A stretch of DNA of 64,000 nucleotides from Mizuhopecten yessoensis. Its lineage: Eukaryota. This document shows positions 12,097 through 24,599 of this stretch, piece after piece (within the stretch, counting starts at the first letter, position 1; every line of letters begins with the position of its first letter). Where the stretch lies: positions 2,251,971 through 2,315,970 of the forward strand of contig NW_018408629.1 of the NCBI RefSeq assembly GCF_002113885.1, given 5' to 3'. Under the pieces are notes generated by a model. It was not told the origin of the DNA, made no database searches, and was given only the letters and a program-made list of their open reading frames with translations. Both the position numbers and the translations under genes were made by a program.

Positions 12097-14254
12097 CGCG
12101 TACGTGTCAGTAACTGCGTCACAGGAATAAAATATTTCCATGACAATAATTCAGTAGTGAGATGAGGAAAGCAAAGTGTTAATTGATCAAATGAATGATG
12201 TACGAACACTTGTATTATTAGTATTATCAAGTATTCTGTATAATATAACAGAGAGTTACGTCACTAATAAAAATCACGTCAACGTAGGCATGTTTCGTGA
12301 TGTATTAATATACACAGTTAATTCTATCTGTTAATGTTTAAAATATGTGTTTCGCGATTGTCTCACAGTTTTTTTAAAATTCATGTTTGACCATTTTTTT
12401 TAACCAGCTTTTCGACATTTTATGTGTTAGGATGTATGAAAGAAATAAAAAACAATTCTACAGATACACAAACTGAAATCAAGAAATTTCTTGTTATGTT
12501 TTACATTCTATCATGTTTGCTCGTGCGTGCGTTTGTGGGGATGTCATTTTCGATGTTTTTGCTAAAAAGGCAATAATAAATAAGATAATACTTTGGTATT
12601 TTTTATGTAAGAACAGATGACTACGCTTCAGACTCCTATATTGGTACAAACGGACGTTGAGAACGACAGTGTCTATAAGTAGCTAGGTTGAATAATTGCT
12701 AATTGATGTACTCCTCTGAGAAGTCAAAACATTCTTGTATTAAACTTGTTTTCTTATATGGAATTTTGGAAAAAAAGTAGAATATGAGAAAATAAAAAAT
12801 GCAAAACAAATTGTATATCTGGTGTGCTCATTTTTTTTGTTATGATCGGTCAAACATACCAATTCAACATATTATGTGACTTTTGGTGAAATTGATCGTT
12901 TTGACCGTATGAAGACCAAATTAATAAATAATTTTCAAGTGTGCCATCAGAAATTTATAAATGTTCGCACAATTGATAAAAATAGTATTTTCTTCTAAAT
13001 AGGTGATACCTATGGCTATACATTTTAAATATGGTTAAATATGAAGTAATCGAATTGCTACAAATGTGACGTATTTACGTAACTATCCGTTTACAACGTC
13101 GTACATCATTTCTTGGAAAGATATAACATTTTACCAGGCGCCAATATTTTACGATTTCAGATAAAAAAAAAAACAATAAATAGACGACATAACAGCCACG
13201 TATCTACATATTAACATCTTTATCAGAGATCCGGCGATTTTAATGTTCTATTGTGAAAAATAAAAATCAACATCGATTTGTTCTGTCATTTTGAGGTAAA
13301 GCACGTACCACTTCAGACTATTTGCTATCAGGCTCCTGTTAAACTCTGTTCCATAATAGATAAATCGTGTGTAATGTCACTTGAATTAATCTTACAAAGC
13401 GAGGAAGATATTGCCATATAATTATATATAACATGCAAAGCTATTTTTCAGTGTTTTTTAGTAATGGGCATTAAACACATTGTTATATTTTGCGCTGTTG
13501 ACGCCGGAATAAGCGCGAATTACTTTCTCTGCCAGCCTGACCGCCAGGTGCACGTGGCGGACCCTGATAAGGTACTTGTGACACGTGCAGTGCCGGGTCA
13601 GTTTAGGCAACAATCGGCAACCCTCGGGTGACTCCGCTACGCTCCATCATGGTGTTCGAGGCTCGAGTCACCCGAGGAGTCCCGAGTGGCAACGCACTAA
13701 TGAAAGCCGATCAGATAAATTGTTTTTCTTCAGATGAATGTGAAATCACCACGCAAAAATGAAGGAAGTTTAATATAATTCAAATATAGAAAGATAACTG
13801 TTTTTAACATAAATGATTACGCATACTTGTTACAATATCTAGAGGAATGTTGCAGATATGATTTTCATTGTATCGTGTATCGTACGTATCCATATTCCAT
13901 TATAAAACAAGCTACTCATCTATTCAGCTGACATTTCTATTTGACAGGAAGCTGACAACTTTATCTGGAAATAAATATTTAAAAAATTGTTTTTTCCGAT
14001 AACGCCATGAGAGAGTTGTCGAGATAGGCACAGTTTCGTTCTAGTGTGACGGAATGCGATAACAGAACAGTATTCGTGTCTGATCTTTGAGTTGAAAAAA
14101 CAAAGTTCGATTTCCAATGGTTAGCGATAAAGTGAGTTGGAGCGAGCGCCTATTGTTAACACATCTGATGCCAGTTTGATATGGATGTTCGCTTTATTTC
14201 TGAGCTAACAGTTCTAAGTTTGATATCCGGTTGTCAATGCGTCTGCCATAGAAC

Positions 14255-14327
14255 CATCCTCCATATACAGACATATTCCAGAGGTGTAGAGGGCGATCGT
14301 GAGCGTAACCCCTGGATATCGAGGATG
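14255..14327. mobile_element. 73-bp MITE with a 9-bp TSD (Mutator-like)
   Basis: TSD ccatagaac at 14246-14254 and 14328-14336; TIR catcctccatatacag / ctggatatcgaggatg (2 mismatches). Confidence 0.7.
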
Positions 14328-14627
14328 CCATAGAACCAACGGTCATGGTTTCCACATGACACGTCACAGAGTCAAAGGTCAAAGTTTTTTTTGTAAGTTA
14401 GAGGGCTGATGTTGGCGGCGTCGAATCCGTTTCCCTCCCATACATGGTCTGTAGGTAACAGATCTTGCAAGACTTGCAGGCTAATCAATCTTTTAACATT
14501 GTTTTGCATCAGAAATGTCCTACTGACATGAATAACAGAAGTAAGTGATATTGCGTTGATTTTTTTTATCTTGATTACGAGTCTCAGTCAAATTTTTCTT
14601 GGCAGCAAAAAGCCCGGTGCGATAACC

Positions 14628-15416
14628 AGCGCAAATACACCGTAGACTATCATGTTTCCATCACCAATATCGTCATGTTCACGGACGCAATACACCATAG
14701 ACTATGATGTTTCCATCACCAATATCGTTTTGTTAACGGACGCAATACACCGTAGACTATGATGTTTCCATCACCAATATCGTTTTGTTAACCGACGCAA
14801 TACACCGTAGACTATGATGTTTTCATCACCAATATCGTCATGTTCACGGACGCAATACACCATAGACTGTGATGTTTTCATCACAAATATGGTCATATTC
14901 ACGGACGCAATACACCATAGACTATGATGTTTCCATAACCAATATCGTCATGTTCACGGACGCAATACACCATAGACTATGATGTTTTCATCACAAATAT
15001 CGTCATGTTCACGGACGCAATACACCACAGACTATGATGTTTCCATCACCAATATCGTTTTGTTAACCGACGCAATACACCGTAGACTATGATGTTTTCA
15101 TCCCCAATATCGTCATGTTCACGGACGCAATACCCCATAGACTATGATGTTTCCATCACCAATACCGTCATGTTCACGGACGCAATACACCATAGACTAT
15201 GATGTTTCCATCACTAATACCGTCATGTTCACGGATGCAATACATAGTAGACTATGATGTTTCCATCACCAATACCGTCATGTTCACGGACGCAATACAC
15301 CATAGACTATGACGTTTCCATCACCAATATCGTCATGTTCACGGACGCAATACACCATAGACTATGGTGTTTTTATCACCAATATCGTTTTGTTAACGGA
15401 CGCAATACACCATAGG
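14628..15416. repeat. 55-bp minisatellite, ~14 copies
   Basis: Unit cggacgcaatacaccatagactatgatgtttccatcaccaatatcgtcatgttca. Confidence 0.95.
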
Positions 15417-15503
15417 TTAAACAAACAAACAACTAGTAGACGACAACCATAGGGTTTTCTTTTCATATATTATAGCCGTTGTCGTAAGACTGCGCGAGCA
15501 TAC

Positions 15504-15849
15504 ACTAACAGGAAAAGCGAAATGCAACGACAATGCTGGGTTTCCATCCTGAAACCTCCCGAGCTATAGACGGACACTACAAATTGAGCTACCTGGTCGC
15601 CAACGATCGACCTAGTCCGGTTCCGCTACATTCTTCCCTCCTTTTCTAAGTCTTTGCCCCCGAAGGCATCACTATTAACAAACCAGATTCAGGTATACAA
15701 GGGTTTACAAGCTCGCCAATTTTGCAATAGAAGAAAGAGGAATGCAACGGCCAGACCGGGATTCGATTCTGGGACCTCTTTTGACGGATGCCTCCTTACC
15801 GATTGATCTACTTGATCGCCGACGATTGACCGAGTCCATTTACGCTAAA
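15504..15849 (-). mobile_element. Miniature non-autonomous LTR retrotransposon (TRIM) with tRNA-like LTRs
   Basis: Two diverged ~127-bp direct repeats (15504-15630 and 15723-15849). On the - strand: LTR start TGTAGCGG, A-box-like TAGCTCAATT/TAGATCAATCGGTA, B-box-like TCGAATCCCGG, PBS TGGCGAGC (15718-15711) and PPT AGAAAAGGAGGGAAGAA (15647-15631). Possible ATAC TSD. Confidence 0.7.
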
Positions 15850-16835
15850 ATACTACCAAGTATTGACAGGCGATAAATATTGGTGAAGCTAACGGCCAAC
15901 AGTACAATGATCGTCATTTTCATTATAGTGACCAAAATAAGATATTTTAAAGGAAAGATACAGTGACTTAACTTCATTTTATTTGAATAGCGATGAATAA
16001 GTGATTTAACAATAGGTATTCAGTGCATGATATTAGTGTTGCCCCAAGAACAAATGCGACAAAAATATTCTCAAATCGATGCATTTTTATGTAAAATATT
16101 TAACAAAAACGTGTTTATATATGTTTTAAAATTATCAAAATATACAAAATTATATTTTGTTTATGAATCAAATCGAATGTAGTAAACGTGTCTACTCTTA
16201 TCGAGCGTTTCAAAGAAGTCCTATGATGGTCAATCGTACTGAACTCATGCTGGAGTGAACACACTATATAATGGGTCCATTTGTGATGCATTGTCAATAT
16301 CACTGGTTGAAAATATTCCGTGATTTTGCCAAAGTTCCATGCAATGGAGATGGGCCATTACATTACGGGATTGCTCTGTTGTAACATTTGTTAATTTACA
16401 TCTACTCAGACTGTCTGTTCTGCGGTTTTTATCGTGTACCAGTATATATATGATAGTGGGAAAAAAACGTTTGTTTTCGACTTGTATCACTTTTTTCTGA
16501 ATGAGCTATCTTTCTCGAGGTTTTATTGTTTGTCTTCGTCGATTTATAGAGATTACAATGATAAATACATTCTTAATTTAGATGGTACGATTAATTAATG
16601 ATGTTAAAGTCTTCTCTTATCTCGTATTGTTATTGTTTTTGTTATATTAAGCCTTCTTTCTGCCAATCCTTATCTTGTTACACAATTCTGTCTATCTCTT
16701 TATACGTCGTCTATTTTATCAGAAATATGGCAGGGAAATGTTTGTGATATGAAGATAGATGTTCTTTTAAAATCTCAGTAGAGTGCCTTGTTATCTATGT
16801 AAGAACGTGACATTACTTGGAGTTGGCCTCAAAAT

Positions 16836-16890
16836 GGCGAATGTCGTCGATGGAGCAAAAGATGCTTACCCTTCCGGGACACATGGTCTG
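16836..16890 (+). mobile_element. Penelope-like terminal fragment
   Basis: ggcgaatgtcgtcgatggagcaaaagatgcttacccttccgggacacatggtc, reverse-orientation relative of the ~9620-9670 motif. Confidence 0.45.
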
Positions 16891-18378
16891 AAATCTTTCC
16901 TTTGATCATATTTTGCCTTATTTTTTGTTTTGTTAACACTTGGGTATTCTCTCGTTGTTTTTGACGATTCTATTTGTAGCCATTTACTAATCGCACTACA
17001 TGACTATGGCCATATTAGATTCCATACAACGATTAGAGAAGTATCCAGAAGTTAACTAACATGTGATCGTCATTGATGACGTCGGAAGTCATAACCTATT
17101 TTTTTTATACATGTATGTTGGTACATACAGTGTTTGAATTTTAGTTTAGAGACAAGGGAGTGGGATATTCTAAACACAGTTAAGTAGACTACCATGTTTA
17201 TTTCACCAAACGCTCGACCTCTCCATCAGCATAATGCCATTATAGAATAGTTTCCGTTCCATCCCAAGAATATGTTCACACGTTTTCTTGCATACGTCAA
17301 AGGAAAAAAATGATATGCCGTCATTGAATCTGGTTCTTGCATTTACAGGTGGCCGGAAGCGGCTTATTTTGAGATATTAAGGAGTGTGGGGTTAAGGCGT
17401 TGTATCACACCACACCTACGCTTGTCAATATAACCAATGAATACTAACAAGCTATTATAACTATTTATACATAAATGTGCACGCTTTGACTGTCACGCTC
17501 ATCATCATCGATCGAGGTGTCACGTGGTACCTCAACTCGAACAGTAACGAGATTGTATTCTTATTATATTCATGAATGGAACAGCTTCCCAGACAGACAA
17601 TGGACATCAAAGGCAATAAGCGTTGTGCTCATTGTGCAATTTAATCTCAAAATGAAAAAAAGTCATATCCGAGATTATTTGCGTGAATCCTCTATAATAA
17701 ATGCGAAATTAATAGGGTAGATTAAAGGAAATTCCCAGGGGATTTTGGTGTACAAAAAAAAAGCTGATTTGAAAGAGATCAATTATCAAAACATTTTCAG
17801 AATGTTTTATTTTCCTATTTGCGATGAAAACGTAGGGTATATGATACATTTAAGTGTGCAGCTACGTCATGCCATATTTGTATGCTGATATGAAATATGT
17901 TCTTGTTTTTATTTAAAATGTGTAATTATTGTTCGTTTTGCAATATTGGTGTCAATTAGAAAAAAATAGAAAGTCAATCCAGAGTTTGAAGTCAGAACCT
18001 TTAAAAGTCTCAATTCTTACCCCTCATTCTATATCCTTTGGAGGGTAGACGATTTCTATCCTCCATGCCTACATATGCTAAGCTCTATTTATATTACAAG
18101 GGTGGCCAACATATTGCACGTGTCCATAGGTCCTTATGGGATAAAATGTTCATTTGTATAATTTCATTATCAAACGAAACTTTGGTAAAAATAAAACAAG
18201 AACATTGAAGGAGTTGTACCTTTTCAATTGATCATGAACTTTACTATAATCGCCTTTAGTAAGGATTCGGTTAGGATTGTCCAGCACTTCAAGAAGACAA
18301 CACTAATTAAAGCATGCCGTTCAAAATGCTGATGAAACTTTGCAACAGTATCCAGTCATAAGTAGAATAAGGGGGGGG

Positions 18379-18412
18379 NNNNNNNNNNNNNNNNNNNNNN
18401 NNNNNNNNNNNN
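18379..18412. other. Assembly gap (34 N) between poly-G runs
   Basis: Ns directly visible; single Ns also at 27986, 37817 and 48542. Confidence 0.99.
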
Positions 18413-19191
18413 GGGGGGGGGGAGGTTAGAGTGAGAGGACGTAAATTAATTAAAGAACAACCAAGAACCGAAAAACAACAGGAAAAAAATCAGTATAAGA
18501 TGGGTTAAAATGGATCAGACAACTGATATTTGGCCTTGTCGGGTTCTGTGTGCCGTTCCCGATGACAACTAGACAGCACGTGGTCTCTGTAATATTACTA
18601 TTAGCAGTGCACCCAATCGCTTTTTTATTAGTTTTCTAGATACACTGTAATATTTTTACAGTGGGCATGACGATAACGAAAGTTATTGCTAAAGTAAAAG
18701 AACTTCATTTTTTTCTATAAATTATTGGCGCCTTTTACAAAGAAATCATTAAAAACCAAAAACGCTTGCGAGCTCTTTTTCTAAGGCAATATGCGGATGA
18801 CTGAACATCTCGATAAAAAAAGTTTTATAAAAGGTCCTGTCTTTGTATCATCCGCTGGTCTAAGTGCTTCCCTTAACGGTGACAGTTACTTTTTCTCCTC
18901 GACGTAATGAAACATGCTTCTTTGTTTCCCCGTGATGATTTAAAATCAAGGTTCATGAGCACAAACCTAGAACAAAACTTAATTAATCGAAGGGAAAAAA
19001 GGTTTCCCTAACAAAGAAGCAATACTTTGTTTATTATACCGAAATAGAACAATAGATTATCAAGCGTGTTAGCCTCTGTTGTCTGCTTCAGTCACTGTGA
19101 ACTCAGAGGAGATACCTCTTACTAATGTTCTAGAGATGACTCATGTTAGGGAAAACTCGAGCGTGAGAGTGAAACACGACATTTTATTGTC

Positions 19192-19394
19192 TTTGGGTTT
19201 GTTTGTGTTTTACGTCCTATTAACAGCTAAGGTCATTTAAGGACGTGCTAGGTTTCAGTGGTGGAGAAAAACCACCGACCTGCGGCTAGTACCTGGCGAC
19301 TGCCCCACGTAGGCCTCGAACCCGCGACCCAATGGTGGAGGGCAAGTGGTAGCATAATGTCAGATGCCTTAACCACTCTCCCACCGCGGCCCCC
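19192..19394 (-). mobile_element. tRNA-derived SINE, family A (V-domain-like, with internal deletion)
   Basis: - strand head GGGGCCGCGGTGGGAGAGTGGTTAAGGC with B box GGTTCGAGGCC; tail ...ggacgtaaaacacaaacaaacc; TSD attttattgtc at 19181-19191 and 19395-19405. Confidence 0.88.
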
Positions 19395-21364
19395 ATTTTA
19401 TTGTCATGTGATCAATATGGTCCAATCATATACGTTGTTATAAGGTATAATAAAGTTGGCTGACTGTAGAGACAGTATTTCTATATTTCAGTATCAGCCA
19501 TTCAACAATAAAGATATCTGAACACCGAGCCGAGGCTAAGCCAGAGGTATGGTAGGGCCTCTTGGGCATGGCATTTGTTTTTAACAAATTAATGTGACGT
19601 TTGACAAGAAGTAGTATTCTCTCCTCCATTCTCTAGCTTTCATGTCTCATTAATTGTTTTTCCATTTAAATAACCAATGACATTTTGTCCTTACATAACA
19701 ACAATTTCAATACTTTCTGTCATTTCGCTATCCTTCCCAGATGAGAGTAACATACGTGATAGCACCTTTAAAATATTAAATAGATATATTATGCAAAAAA
19801 TGCTTGTACACCGTGTCTCACCTCGAGATCTAGAAACCACCCAGACATCAAACCAGATGCCATTTGTGCAGAAAAACGGATTATTTTTCCTCGGAGCACG
19901 TGGTTTTGGCTCTGGTTTGTTGTGTGCCTTTACAACGAGTTGGATATCTGTTCATTTTCCGTTGTTGTCTAAAGTTCTTTTTTTTTGTGTATTGCCGATG
20001 TCGTACGCTTTTTTTAACGTTAAAACATATTCTATGAATCTGAATATTTGGTTTTACAAGAAATGAAAATGGTTGCAAAAATGTTCTCCTGACATAAGTA
20101 ACTTTTTTTTTTAATTAATCAATCAAACGTTTTTAAGGTTTATAAGGCTACACAAATCAAAAGTAAATGCATACATCATGCTGCTGGTTAATGTCTATAG
20201 GAGTGCTAATGGTGTTACTAGGTTTTACCGTCAAAACCATGAGTCAATTTCTACCGAATCAAATAAGTTCTGCCAGCAAGTCTTCTGTCATCTCTGCGTT
20301 TGGTGGTTTAAGATTTGGTAACTGAGTGACAGTCTTAATAAAATCAGGGGTAAGGAGAGAGTCTCCAGCGCCTCCAAATAACCGCCGCGAAGCATCCGGG
20401 TCCTCTCGACCAGGACGCCTTCGTAGGATTATGCTTGGGGATGTAATCCCAGCACGTGTAAGAGCTGGGTATGTGTCGGCAGGTGAAAACATCTGGCCAA
20501 GAACAGATGCCACTTCGGCAAACCTTTATGCTTACAGATGTGAAAGAAAGCGAGAATATCTTTTAACGTGTATTGGAATCACATAAAACACTGGTTTAGT
20601 GTTAATTGAAATAATTTGACTTCGACGAAATCCAGCAGAGAAGTGAGGCAATGATTATTAACAGTTTCCAACGTGTCACTCTCTGGGAAATGAACGGAGC
20701 ATACGGATTAATAAACACGATATACGAACTTTTAAGAATATTTACGGGGTTTCTGATGCTTAATCAGAGAAATACCTTGCCTTATGTTAGTTCTTGATAA
20801 TATCAGGGCTGTACAATCTCGCCATTGATGTTTCACCTGTTTGTAGTTTTGTTGGTTGGTTTGGTTGCTATAGGTTCCTGTTTCGGTTATAACTGTTTCG
20901 GTTATAACTGCCCCAACATATAAGTCAAAATGGTATGACGGTATATCTGTAGAAGGCCGACAGGAATGACTGTCCGAAGGTATATCCTCATTCCTCCATT
21001 CTCAACACGGACGTGAGACCAGCTACGGCGGACACTGTGCCAAAGTCGGTTTGATATTAACAGTTTCTTAAGAACCACTTAGAGATTGCTTGATTTTACA
21101 TCAGAACTTGATTATTGTAACGGTAAGATCAATAGTCTGGGTAACACCGATAGTTAGGCTTACACTAAACCGTTGAATTTTGGCTATATTAATGGGTTTT
21201 TTGGATGACACTAGACGATAAGGGGTTACACCTGCATGTTATGTTACAGTAACGATTGGGGGTAGAATTGATACCAAGGAAAACGCTGGTAGTTGGGGCT
21301 ACACTAAACGGTTGAATTTGGATTATCCAAACGGTTGGGGTAACATTTTTAACATTTTTATCTA

Positions 21365-22430
21365 GGGTTACATCTGCAGTTGGTGTTACACTAACGGTTC
21401 GGGTAAAACTGATAGCTAGGGTTACACTTGCAGTTGGTGTTACACTAATGGTTGGGGTAACACTGAGAGCTAGGATAACACTGCAGTTGAGGTTACACTG
21501 ACGGTTTGGGTAACACTGAGAGCTCGGGTTACTCCTTCAGTTAATGTTACACTAACGATTGGGGTAACACTGAGAGCTAGGGTTACTCCTTCAGTTAATG
21601 TTACACTAATGGTTGGGGTAACACTGAGAGCTCGGGTTACTCCTTCAGTTAATGTTACACTAACCGTTGGGGTAACATTGAGAGCTAGGGTTACTCCTTC
21701 AGTTAATGTTACACTAACGATTGGGGTAACACTTAGAGCTAGGGTTACACTTGCAGTTGAGGTTACACTAACAGTTGGGGTAACACTTAGAGCTCGGGTT
21801 ACTCCTTCAGTTAATGTTACACTAACGATTGGGGTAACACTTAGAGCTAGGGTTACACTTGCAGTTAATGTTACACTAACGATTGGGGTAACACTGAGAG
21901 CTAGGGTTACACTTGCAGTTGAGGTTACACTAACAGTTGGGGCAACATTGAGAGCTCGGGTTACTCCTTCAGTTAATGTTACACTAACGATTGGGGTAAC
22001 ACTCATAGCTAGGGTTACACTTGCAGTTGAGGTTACACTAACAGTTGGGGTAACATTGAGAGCTCGGGTTACTCCTTCAGTTAATGTTACACTAACGGTT
22101 GGGGTAACACTTAGAGATAGGGTTACACTTGCAGTCGAGGTTACACTAACAGTTGGGGTAACATTGGGAGCTAGGGTTACTCCTTCAGTTAATGTTACAC
22201 TAACCGTTGGGGAAACACTTAGAGCTAGGGTTACACTTGCAGTTGAGGTTACACTAACGGTTGGGGTAACATTGAAAGCTAGGGTTACTCCTTCAGTTAA
22301 TGTTACACTAATGGTTGGGGTAACACTTAGAGCTAGGGTTACACTTGCAGTTAATGCTACACTAACAGTTGGGGTAACATTGAGAGCTAGGGTTACTCCT
22401 TCAGTTAATATTACACTAACGATTGGGCAT
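21365..22430. repeat. 54-bp minisatellite, ~19 copies, two interleaved variants
   Basis: gttggggtaacactgagagctagggttac[tccttcagttaat|acttgcagttgag]gttacactaac; 18-codon period, open in one frame on each strand. Confidence 0.95.
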
Positions 22431-22506
22431 CGCATTGATAATTAGGATAACGCTGGTGGTTGGGGTTACATTAACGTTTGAACTTGGATTACACAAAATA
22501 TGTGGG

Positions 22507-22888
22507 GATACATTGGTTCGGGTAACGCTTACACTTGCGTCTGGGATACCAATAACGGTTCTGGTAATACAGACTGATACATTGGTTCGGGTAACGCTAA
22601 CACTCGCGTCTGGGATACCAATAAAGGTTCTGGTAATACAGACTGATACATTGGTTCGGGTAACGCTTACAGTCGCGTCTGGGATACACTAACGGCTCTG
22701 GTAATACTGACGGTTCGGATTATATACAAATATGTGGGGACACATTGGTTCGGGTAACGCTTACAGTCGCGTCTGGGATAACACTAACGGTTCTGGTAAT
22801 ACAGACTGACACATTGGTTCGGGTAACGCTTACAGTCGCGTCTGGGATACCACTAACGGCTCTGGTAATACAGACTGATACATTGGTT
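22507..22888. repeat. 69-bp tandem repeat, ~5 copies, related to the 54-bp array
   Basis: gatacattggttcgggtaacgcttacagtcgcgtctgggataccactaacggttctggtaatacagact. Confidence 0.88.
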
Positions 22889-23308
22889 ATAAAAACACTT
22901 TGCAATATTGGGTTCACCATAGCGGTGCCATATACTAACGCTAAACATTGACAGATGTTTGTTCATATGTAGTTTGTTTTGCTATCAATAAAGTTACTGA
23001 CAAATGTGTTTTTCTAATCTGTAAAAGATGCCTCTGAATCAATCACTATAATCTGCAATTTATCACAAAGCACCAACAGTATAAGGGCAACACTGTGATA
23101 CATATTTGTGTTACGTTAGGTTGTCAACATTCCATTTGTTATATAAGAAATACACAGTTTTGATATTAAAGAGAGATATTTAATAACTTAATATCTATAT
23201 TTGACAGTATTTTACAATAAATATTTTAAAAAATTCCAATTTATTGATAAGCTAGACAATTGACAGCCAAAGACAATCCTGGTGTAAAGTGTAGCACAAA
23301 AATCAATC

Positions 23309-23424
23309 TCGCCTATCTATATTCCATTGTTTGTCGTACTGTTTGACAATGTTATTAGACTTGTACTTCGCCTATCTATATTCCATTGTTTGTCGTACTG
23401 GTGGACACGTTATTAGACTTGTAT
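23309..23424. repeat. 59-bp tandem duplication
   Basis: tcgcctatctatattccattgtttgtcgtactg...gttattagacttgta, 2 copies. Confidence 0.85.
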
Positions 23425-23579
23425 TGGTGTAAACAACAGTAACGCTGACATCATCGTTCCTTTATAAGTCACAGCATACCACCATCATCTGTCAATATCT
23501 CTGTTAACAGAGAGACATATCTTCACCGCGTAGACCGGTCATTGTACCAGCTATTGTTGTTGTGACGAGTGAGACTTTT

Positions 23580-23754
23580 GGCGTCAACGCTCACGTGCGG
23601 CGATGAATGAGAAGGATTCTGATTGGTTGTTTTCGACTGCCCCCACTTATTACATGGCCATAGTTAATGAAGTCGATATTTAAATGACATCGGTATTCAC
23701 AGCATCACCGTCTAGCGTTGGGTTCTCCTTGGGATTTCTGCCCCGTTGATCGAG
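23580..23754 (+). promoter_or_regulatory. Candidate promoter and short non-coding exon 1 of the neuropeptide gene
   Basis: E-box CACGTG (23592), inverted CCAAT (23622), TATA-like TATTTAAA (23677) and a consensus donor GAG|GTAAGT at 23754/23755; locally CpG-rich. Confidence 0.5.
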
Positions 23755-24599
23755 GTAAGTTTTCTGTTCTTTAAATTTAAGATATATTTTGCAATTTGAC
23801 ATGAATATTCTGCCACTATTTCTATGTATTAAATATCGACAAGTCCTTTGTAAAGTCTTCTCACATTAAAACAGTCAAATTTACAGTTATTCGTTCACGG
23901 CATGATTTTTCTTCTCAGAATGTCTATATTTTACGTAAGTTTTGAAGGAAATTGTTGCCAGTTTAAATAATAATAGCCGGTTAAGATATAAATCATATAA
24001 ATAGTTTACATAATTTCGCCCGTACTATTGGTGTAAATTTGCAGGCAGTAATCTTATTGCTGTTAAAACCGCAAATGATTTTTAAAGTAAGTCTTTACGA
24101 AAAACGATTCGTTTGACCTTTGTTTAAAAAATTGCTCCCGTGAATTTTCAAACTGTATGAATTTGGAATGAAAAACTATTACATTTTACATCGAGTTACC
24201 TCTACAAAACTTGAAATTCTGATATATTACCATGTATGTGAGATCAGGTCCTGTTGTTTTAAATATCAAATAAAATGTTTAGAAAAAGATAAAGGTATCT
24301 GTGATAAAATATACGAACACCAGCTATAAACTTGAATCAGTACGCTTACACATCATGGTGAATTAACGTCATTTTAGAAACCAAAAATCAGTAATTTTGG
24401 CATCAAAATGTGTTTTTTATGTGGAATTTTATCCTGAAATTGAGTTTATAAAGATTCGCGGCCTAAAGTTTGGAAATTGATCTTTCTTAACATTTTCTTC
24501 ATGTTGGTAAGTATGGATTATGAAAAGTTCTTTTCACACACATTTTATTGGTTGTGCAAAAAGAACTTTTCATAATTGGAAATTGATCAGACCATTTGT

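Larger units (their letters stand above)
20259..23103 (-). pseudogene. Possible decayed gene for a secreted Thr/Val/Ser/Pro-rich repetitive protein
   Basis: - strand ATG at 23103 opens MYHSVALILLVLC.... Then come VSVTRT/VSVTPT-rich repeats, a non-repetitive continuation with in-frame stops up to a CAAG|gtattt donor-like site (~20775), and a protein-like terminal segment at 20259-20525. Several stops and frameshifts. Confidence 0.35.

Noticed and set aside
14628-15416. CRISPR-like appearance of the regular arrays (also 8218, 24600, 36841)
   Set aside because: Units are contiguous with no unique spacers, there are no cas genes, and the context is eukaryotic.
18371-18422. Poly-G tract as a G-quadruplex element
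   Set aside because: Interrupted by an assembly gap, so the true sequence is unknown.
21609-22951. + strand VGVTLRARVT ORFs
   Set aside because: Mirror-frame readout of the 54/69-bp repeats, with no gene structure on the + strand.
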